Origin: a virus
Lineage: Duplodnaviria > Heunggongvirae > Uroviricota > Caudoviricetes
DNA: 40,726 nucleotides
Virus record (IMG/VR): IMGVR_UViG_3300031952_000006
Direction: 5' to 3' (one strand)
The position numbers and the translations under genes were made by a program. Shown here piece after piece: positions 34,763 through 40,726 of this stretch (position 1 is its first letter; each line of letters opens with the position of its first letter). The notes under the pieces are model-generated. The model did no database searches, was not told the origin of the DNA, and saw only the letters and a program-made list of their open reading frames with translations.

Positions 34763-36115
34763 ATGAAAGTATGTATTATCAGTCCTGATACTGTACCACT
34801 ACCATTAAAGGATAATCCTCCAGAATTTATAACAGAAAATGGCCAAGAATATTTACTAAAAAACAAATGTTTACGAGCAACTGGTCTTGGAAAAAGAGCA
34901 TGGAAGCTTGCTGAAGCTTTATCAAAAGAAAACGATTTCGAAGTTACCCTCCTTGTTCCCGATCTCAATTGTCCAAAAAATGATCTTATCGACAAATCGA
35001 AACTTACATTTGACATAGAACAATATAATTTCAAGGTTGCAACATGGAATTGGTCGGAGGAGCTTGATAAGAAATTACTTAAGTATGATTTTGTGATTGT
35101 TCAGTCCGCAGCAGGAACAGGATTTAAAAACTGTTCCGTGCTACCAGGAAGCATCAATGTCATTATGGATGGGTTCGTCCCACTGTTTGCAGAGCTTCCC
35201 TGCACAATCCTTGGAAAATCAACAATTTCTCGAAAGGTCTTCTGGGAATCATTTCGTCAGCAATACTTGAATCTGATCACACGGGCAAACTGCACACTCT
35301 ACGCAACGGATCGTCAGTATTATTACTATGAGGGGCAGTTCTTTGCAACGGATAAGTTGAACTGGAAAGCTTTTAAATTTTCTCCGTTGTTGAAAGTTCC
35401 CCTGGGTGTTGACATTGTTGAAAAAGTGCAGAAGGAGAACACATCGACTCGATTGAAATTGCTCTGGTTTGGTCCCATCTATCCCTGGTACCGACCGGAA
35501 AAATTGTTGGAAATAGCACCTGATCTGAAAAACACAGACATTGATTTTGTCGGAGTGAAACATCCCCGCTACGGCAACACCTACAATAACTTCTTTAAGA
35601 AATTCTTTGAATCAAATTCTTCATCGTATAACATCACGGTGACTGAGGAATTTTGTGATGATCCTGCAGAACTCTATACACATTACGACGCAGGTATTAT
35701 TCTGGCCTGGGATTGGCTCGAGGAGAAATACTCAGTGCGCGGCAGAATCCTGGACATGATCTCCCATGGACTCCCAGTAATTATAAATGAGAATAATTCA
35801 TTCTTCAATGAACTCAGATATATCAATGATTCTATCTATCCCACAAGCGCCCACACATTGCGACGAGACATCCAGAGATACGAAACTAATAAATCTTTCC
35901 TCACCGTGTCTGATCGATCTCACAAATTGTTGCAGAAAAATCTCTCATGGTCTGCTGTCGCTTCTCCCTTGATAGAATATATTCGACGATTCTCTCTGGA
36001 TTCACTCGAGGAAGAAAATAAACTTATTCGAAAAGAGAATGTATATAATCAAACTGAAGAGAGCGATTCACCGCGTTTAAAAAATTTTAATTCGAAAAAT
36101 GAAATAACAATATGA
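34763..36115 (+). CDS. GT-B fold (GT4-like) glycosyltransferase
   Basis: N-terminal MKVCIISP; RAWKLAEALS..FEVTLLVP; KLLWFGPIYPWY; R.RILDMISHGLPVI; C-terminal LSWSAVASPL. Confidence 0.65.
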   Translation: MKVCIISPDTVPLPLKDNPPEFITENGQEYLLKNKCLRATGLGKRAWKLAEALSKENDFEVTLLVPDLNCPKNDLIDKSKLTFDIEQYNFKVATWNWSEELDKKLLKYDFVIVQSAAGTGFKNCSVLPGSINVIMDGFVPLFAELPCTILGKSTISRKVFWESFRQQYLNLITRANCTLYATDRQYYYYEGQFFATDKLNWKAFKFSPLLKVPLGVDIVEKVQKENTSTRLKLLWFGPIYPWYRPEKLLEIAPDLKNTDIDFVGVKHPRYGNTYNNFFKKFFESNSSSYNITVTEEFCDDPAELYTHYDAGIILAWDWLEEKYSVRGRILDMISHGLPVIINENNSFFNELRYINDSIYPTSAHTLRRDIQRYETNKSFLTVSDRSHKLLQKNLSWSAVASPLIEYIRRFSLDSLEEENKLIRKENVYNQTEESDSPRLKNFNSKNEITI

Positions 36116-38361
36116 CAGATTCTGACGAAAGACCATTAATATCTATCATCACGCCTGTATACAATGGCACCATTGCTTACATCCGGGCTGCTTTTGATTC
36201 CCTTAAAAAACAGACATACGGAAACTGGGAATGGTGCGTCTGTGATGATGGTTCAACTGATCCTGCAGTTGTAAGTTACGTGCGCTCACTCAGTGATGAC
36301 AAACGAGCATCAGTAAAATTTCTCAATAAAAATTCAGGAATTGCCTTTGCGAGCAACGAAGCGGTCAAACTAGCTTCTGGTCGTGTCATAGCTTTTCTTG
36401 ATCATGATGATGAGCTTCATGAAGATGCTCTTATGGAAATTGCTACAATCTTTAAAGATTTCGCTGCCGACATTGTGTACACCGATGAAGCTTTGAAATA
36501 TGAAGATAGACTCGTAGAACATAGAAAGCCTCGGTTCTCTCCCCATTACCTCCTCTCAACCAATTATATCTGTCACTTTCTTGCAGTAAAAAAAGATTTA
36601 TTTAATAGCATAGGTGGCTTCAGAGCAGGTTTCGAAGGTTCCCAGGATCATGACCTTGTTCTTCGATTAACGAATGCATCAAGAAAAGTTTTCCATATTC
36701 CAAAAATTCTTTATTATTGGAGACGCCATGCTGGATCATTTAGTGATGTTTCAAAAGGACTTAGTATAGCTGCCACAAACGGAATTAAGGCAGTATCAGA
36801 TGAACTTCGACGAAGAGGCATTCTTGCTGAAGTTACGAATCCTGGTGGTAAGACTCACTATAAAATAAAACCAATGCTTTTGAACAACCCTCTTGTAAGT
36901 ATAGTAATTGCCACGCACGCTGCAGACAGAAATATTAATGTTGCTGTTGATTCAATTGTAAACAAAACAATCTATGACAATTATGAAATTGTTATATTAT
37001 CAGATAATATAGATAGTCTTAAAAATATCTATAAGGGTGATGCTCGTATAAAAACCATACATGACAAATCGAGCGATTTCAAATTATCAAGAAAACTTAA
37101 TTCCGCTATAAAGTATGCAGCAGGACAGCATGTTGTAGTAGTACATGATGATATAAGAATAACAGATTCCAATTGGATAGAGTGGCTTCTGAGCTATTCA
37201 CAAGATCCATTAGTAGGAGTTGTAGGATGTAAAATTCTTAATCAAAATGGAACAGTTCAAAATTTTGGATTAGCTGTAGATTCAATTAATTTTATATCTC
37301 AACTTTTTTCTGGATTAGATAAAGACGAAATGGGGCACATGGGAAGAGCTATTCTCACTCAAAATGTCTCAGCACTACCTTCAGCATTGATGATGTTTAA
37401 AAGAGAAGTATTTGATAAAGTTGGTGGATTTGATGAGAATTTTTATGGATTTCACTTTGATGTTGATCTTTGTATACGAATTAAAGATACAGGATTGTTT
37501 AATATTGCTGTTCCCTATTGCACCGTTACTCATTTAGGAACAAATACTCGATATAAGTCTCATGGTGCAAAGACACCTGCTTTACAAGAATTAGATAAAA
37601 AGATTTTTAAAACAAAGCACGAACATTCATTAAGGAATGGTGATCCCTATTACAATCCATTTATAATTTCGGAATCTGTACTACCAGAACAGCTTAATCA
37701 ACAAGAAAATAAAGAAACATTTATTGTCCAAGAAGAAATTGGTAAAACACAACAACATATTGCTAAATCCACTAAAGAACATTCTAAAGGACTAGTTTCA
37801 TACATTGTACCATGGTATCAACAAGCACCTGTTGCCATACCATCTTTGCTTGCACAATCATATACTAATATAGAAATTATAATAGTATATGATGGTCCTA
37901 TGAAACCTGAAATTAGAAGACAAATTGAATATATCAATGATAGTCGAATACATCTTTTAAGTACTCCAAAACGATATAACGATTGGGGACATACACCACG
38001 AAATTTTGGTATTGATATACTATCAAGCAAAAGTGAGGTTGTCATATTTACGGGAATCGATAATTATTATTTTCCAACATTTACAGAAGAAGTTTTTTAC
38101 CCTATTGCCACAAGTGATGTTATTGTGGCATCATATTGCAACATGATACATAATGGTAAAAATTGGATGCATGTTGAGGTTAGTCTTGACTATGGAAAAA
38201 TAGATTGTGGGTGCTTTATTATTCGTTCAGACATAGCTCGAGAATTTCGTTGGGGAAGTCGCGTTTCATGGGAAGATTGGGTATTCATTGAAAAAGTAAT
38301 TAAGAAGTATGGGATGAATCGAATAGCAAAAGTACCGAGAATGTTGTATATACATAATTAA
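36112..38361 (+). CDS. Multidomain GT2 glycosyltransferase (three GT-A-like domains)
   Basis: Domain 1: ISIITPVYN, CDDGS, LDHDD, FEGSQDHDL. Domain 2: VSIVI, HDDI, GGFDE, DVDLC. Domain 3: VSYIVPWY, IIVYDG, GHTPRNFG, TGIDN, WEDW. Confidence 0.85.
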   Translation: MTDSDERPLISIITPVYNGTIAYIRAAFDSLKKQTYGNWEWCVCDDGSTDPAVVSYVRSLSDDKRASVKFLNKNSGIAFASNEAVKLASGRVIAFLDHDDELHEDALMEIATIFKDFAADIVYTDEALKYEDRLVEHRKPRFSPHYLLSTNYICHFLAVKKDLFNSIGGFRAGFEGSQDHDLVLRLTNASRKVFHIPKILYYWRRHAGSFSDVSKGLSIAATNGIKAVSDELRRRGILAEVTNPGGKTHYKIKPMLLNNPLVSIVIATHAADRNINVAVDSIVNKTIYDNYEIVILSDNIDSLKNIYKGDARIKTIHDKSSDFKLSRKLNSAIKYAAGQHVVVVHDDIRITDSNWIEWLLSYSQDPLVGVVGCKILNQNGTVQNFGLAVDSINFISQLFSGLDKDEMGHMGRAILTQNVSALPSALMMFKREVFDKVGGFDENFYGFHFDVDLCIRIKDTGLFNIAVPYCTVTHLGTNTRYKSHGAKTPALQELDKKIFKTKHEHSLRNGDPYYNPFIISESVLPEQLNQQENKETFIVQEEIGKTQQHIAKSTKEHSKGLVSYIVPWYQQAPVAIPSLLAQSYTNIEIIIVYDGPMKPEIRRQIEYINDSRIHLLSTPKRYNDWGHTPRNFGIDILSSKSEVVIFTGIDNYYFPTFTEEVFYPIATSDVIVASYCNMIHNGKNWMHVEVSLDYGKIDCGCFIIRSDIAREFRWGSRVSWEDWVFIEKVIKKYGMNRIAKVPRMLYIHN

Positions 38362-38374
38362 TCAGGAGGAAAGA

Positions 38375-38998
38375 ATGAAAATTATACAATCAAAAGATTT
38401 AGCAGTACCTGGAGTTAAAGTCATAAAATTTGGAAAATTTTATGATCACCGTGGATATTTTGCTGAAACATTTAGAAAGAGCGATATGGCAAAAGAAGTA
38501 GGATTTGACATTGTTCAGATGAATGAAAGTTTATCGAAGAAAAATGTTGTGCGTGGCTTGCATTTTCAATGGAATCCCTACATGGGAAAACTGGTTAGAA
38601 CAGTGAAAGGCCACATGGTTGATTTGATTCTGGATATACGAAAAGGAAGTCCCACATACGGGAAGGCCATCGCATATGATATGCCTGTAAGTTTGGATTT
38701 TGAATCTGAATCTGAGTGGATATGGATACCTGCAGGATGTGCACATGGTAATTTTTTCAAGGAAGTAACAATGATTGAATATCTGTGCTCAGGTGAATAC
38801 TCTCAAGGATGTGAAGCATCAATTTCTCCTGCATCAAATGATATTGATTGGTCACTCTGCGAACCAAAATTGCATGAAGAGATAGTAGCTCTTTTAAAAG
38901 ATGATGCTGTCCTGTCGGATAAGGATAAGCAGGGTTTTTCATTACATCAGTGGGAGAACAAAAAAGAATCTGACAATTTTATATATGGTGAATGCTAA
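38375..38998 (+). CDS. rmlC: dTDP-4-dehydrorhamnose 3,5-epimerase
   Basis: DHRGYFAETF, QMNESLSKKNVVRGLHFQ, GKLVRTVKG, DIRKGSPTYG, WIPAGCAHG; SD aggagg. Confidence 0.9.
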   Translation: MKIIQSKDLAVPGVKVIKFGKFYDHRGYFAETFRKSDMAKEVGFDIVQMNESLSKKNVVRGLHFQWNPYMGKLVRTVKGHMVDLILDIRKGSPTYGKAIAYDMPVSLDFESESEWIWIPAGCAHGNFFKEVTMIEYLCSGEYSQGCEASISPASNDIDWSLCEPKLHEEIVALLKDDAVLSDKDKQGFSLHQWENKKESDNFIYGEC

Positions 38999-40726
38999 AT
39001 GCAAAGTATCCCTTCATTTAGCATAGTAACAACAGTTTTTAAAAAAGAAAAAGAAGTAGGCGTTTTTTTAGAAGCTGTACTTAATCAAAACTATAATGGC
39101 AAATGGGAAGTTATCGTATTTAATGATAATTCTCCCGATAATTCAAAAGAAGTTATAGATTCTTTTGTATCTCTCTATGAAAATAAAGGAATTGGTTTAA
39201 AAGTAATAAATAACGAAGAAAATATTGGTCAGTGCGTTTGCAGAAATGTGGGGGTGCAGCTATCTACTGGTGACATTATAATAATAATTGATTCTGATTG
39301 TATTATGGATAATACTTATTTAGCAAACTTTGCGCGTCTCTATTCATTTGATGATTGTGATGTTGTCATCGGACCGCAAAATATTGAAGTTTTAGACAGG
39401 AATGTATCTATAGTATTAGCTGAGTGCAGAAATGAAGTTACTGTTAGAAAGCTAACAGATATGCAAGATCCTGTTAATAAAAGAAGTTTTGTTAACTGCA
39501 TAACTCGTAACTTCTCTATTAAAAAAAGTTTTATAACTGAAGATTTATTTGATGCTGCACTATCGCATAAAGCATCTGACCCAAAAACAGGATTTGGGTG
39601 GGATGATGTTGAAATGGGATATCGTCTTTATAAGAAAGGAGCGCGTATCAAATATAGTAATTCTGTCTATACAGTTCATATGAATCACCCACCGTCAATT
39701 GAAGATCCTGCGTCCATCCCGTTGCGAAGCATGAAAAATTACAGAATAATGCATGAAAAACATCCTGAAATGAAGGATGTTGCTCGTTGGTGGTCGATGG
39801 ATATTTATGATAAAGTACAAAAATGGGCGGACAGATATAATATTGATTATTCTAAGAATGAAGATTATTTATTTTTAAAGAATCATTTCAAAAATCAAAT
39901 TCCATACATCTATGAACCTATCAAAAGAAAAAGATTAAAAATTTTAACGTATTGCTGGCATCTTCCTCATCAGTACGAACTCCATAAATTACCTCATGAT
40001 TTTACTCTTATTACTGACCTCGGAACAAGTCATTGCTACAGATGGGGTTATTCAAAAAGACCGTTTCCTGCAAACGACACTCTAAAAAAAATAAGAGATA
40101 TAAATGTAAAAAACTATGACCTTGCAATTTTGCATTTTGATGAAAACTGCCTTCATCCAGAATATACTAATAATGTTATTAGTGCTAATTGGGGATTAAA
40201 TTTTAGATACTTTGTAGAAAAGCTTGGAGAAATTCCAAAAATAGGAATTTGTCACGGAACACCTCAATTTTATGGAGCGTACACGCCAGATTATGCTGGT
40301 GCTGATCTCTTGCAAGTGATTGAATCCGCTCGCCAAGATTTAGTTAATTATTTAAAAGATATAATGGTTATATGCAACTCCCATCAGGCAGAGCGTGAGT
40401 GGAAATTTTATAAGTCTCGTGTTATATGGCATGGGTTTGACCCTGCTGAGTTTCCAAGATCATTGTATCATAAAGCTGTTCTAGGTCTTACTAATATGAT
40501 AGGACGACCACATTACAGAGGTTTACATATATTAAATGCTGTAAATTCATATCTACCAGAACATCTGCAAGTAGAAGGTGTGGTAACACCTGAACCCACA
40601 CAGTATGAAGATAAAGAAAATAATGATTATGCTTTCTCAAAATATAGAAACTATGTTGATGCTATTCGGGAATATTCAATTTATTTCAATCCAACAATAC
40701 GATCTCCCATGCCACGATCGAGAACA
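38999..40726 (+). CDS. GT2 plus GT-B-like glycosyltransferase fusion, 3'-truncated by window end (absent from ORF track)
   Basis: ATG directly after the rmlC stop; 576 codons to the window end with no stop found manually. GT2 motifs FSIVTTVF, FNDNSPD, RNVG, IIDSD, GWDDVEMG; then KILTYCWH..HQY and HGFD...FNPT.RSPMPR. Confidence 0.85.
   Translation, partial: MQSIPSFSIVTTVFKKEKEVGVFLEAVLNQNYNGKWEVIVFNDNSPDNSKEVIDSFVSLYENKGIGLKVINNEENIGQCVCRNVGVQLSTGDIIIIIDSDCIMDNTYLANFARLYSFDDCDVVIGPQNIEVLDRNVSIVLAECRNEVTVRKLTDMQDPVNKRSFVNCITRNFSIKKSFITEDLFDAALSHKASDPKTGFGWDDVEMGYRLYKKGARIKYSNSVYTVHMNHPPSIEDPASIPLRSMKNYRIMHEKHPEMKDVARWWSMDIYDKVQKWADRYNIDYSKNEDYLFLKNHFKNQIPYIYEPIKRKRLKILTYCWHLPHQYELHKLPHDFTLITDLGTSHCYRWGYSKRPFPANDTLKKIRDINVKNYDLAILHFDENCLHPEYTNNVISANWGLNFRYFVEKLGEIPKIGICHGTPQFYGAYTPDYAGADLLQVIESARQDLVNYLKDIMVICNSHQAEREWKFYKSRVIWHGFDPAEFPRSLYHKAVLGLTNMIGRPHYRGLHILNAVNSYLPEHLQVEGVVTPEPTQYEDKENNDYAFSKYRNYVDAIREYSIYFNPTIRSPMPRSRT

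Noticed and set aside
693-38942. Minus-strand and nested short ORFs in the track (e.g. 2816-3232, 14426-14830, 22026-22625, 31691-32134)
   Set aside because: They overlap well-supported + strand genes, lack RBS or motifs, and look like antisense shadow frames.
1-40726. tRNA, rRNA, integrase or transposase genes
   Set aside because: None recognised by eye; tRNAscan-SE and HMM searches would be needed to exclude them formally.

Overview
This AT-rich window is almost entirely + strand and looks like part of a large contractile-tailed (myovirus-like, possibly jumbo) phage genome. No capsid, portal or terminase gene is recognisable, so phage identity is inferred from neck/tail genes, a free-standing Hef-like endonuclease and typical phage accessory genes. 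1-5.7 kb is an accessory block: two lipoproteins sharing a duplicated leader (one a metallophosphoesterase/bulb-lectin fusion), a secreted protein, and Lar-like, DUF3307-like and RHH proteins. 5.9-16.6 kb holds putative neck/head proteins and many small hypotheticals. 16.7-34.7 kb is the tail module: sheath, endonuclease, tube, G/GT-type chaperones with a -1 frameshift, tape measure, tube initiator, hub, spike, gp25-like and baseplate J. From 34.8 kb to the end is a glycosyltransferase/rmlC cluster. Main leads: a peptide tag (F-x-x-[IVAT]-x-[SNT]-[IL]-x-x-L-[IL], often followed by K-x-A) shared by seven unrelated head-region proteins; a recurring [ST]-S-T-G motif in virion proteins that may be a glycosylation sequon for the adjacent glycosyltransferases; a leader-plus-payload lipoprotein cassette with a 30-bp junction repeat; and a GCCGAWACTAT promoter-like motif. 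Family names come from motif recognition only; no database searches were run.
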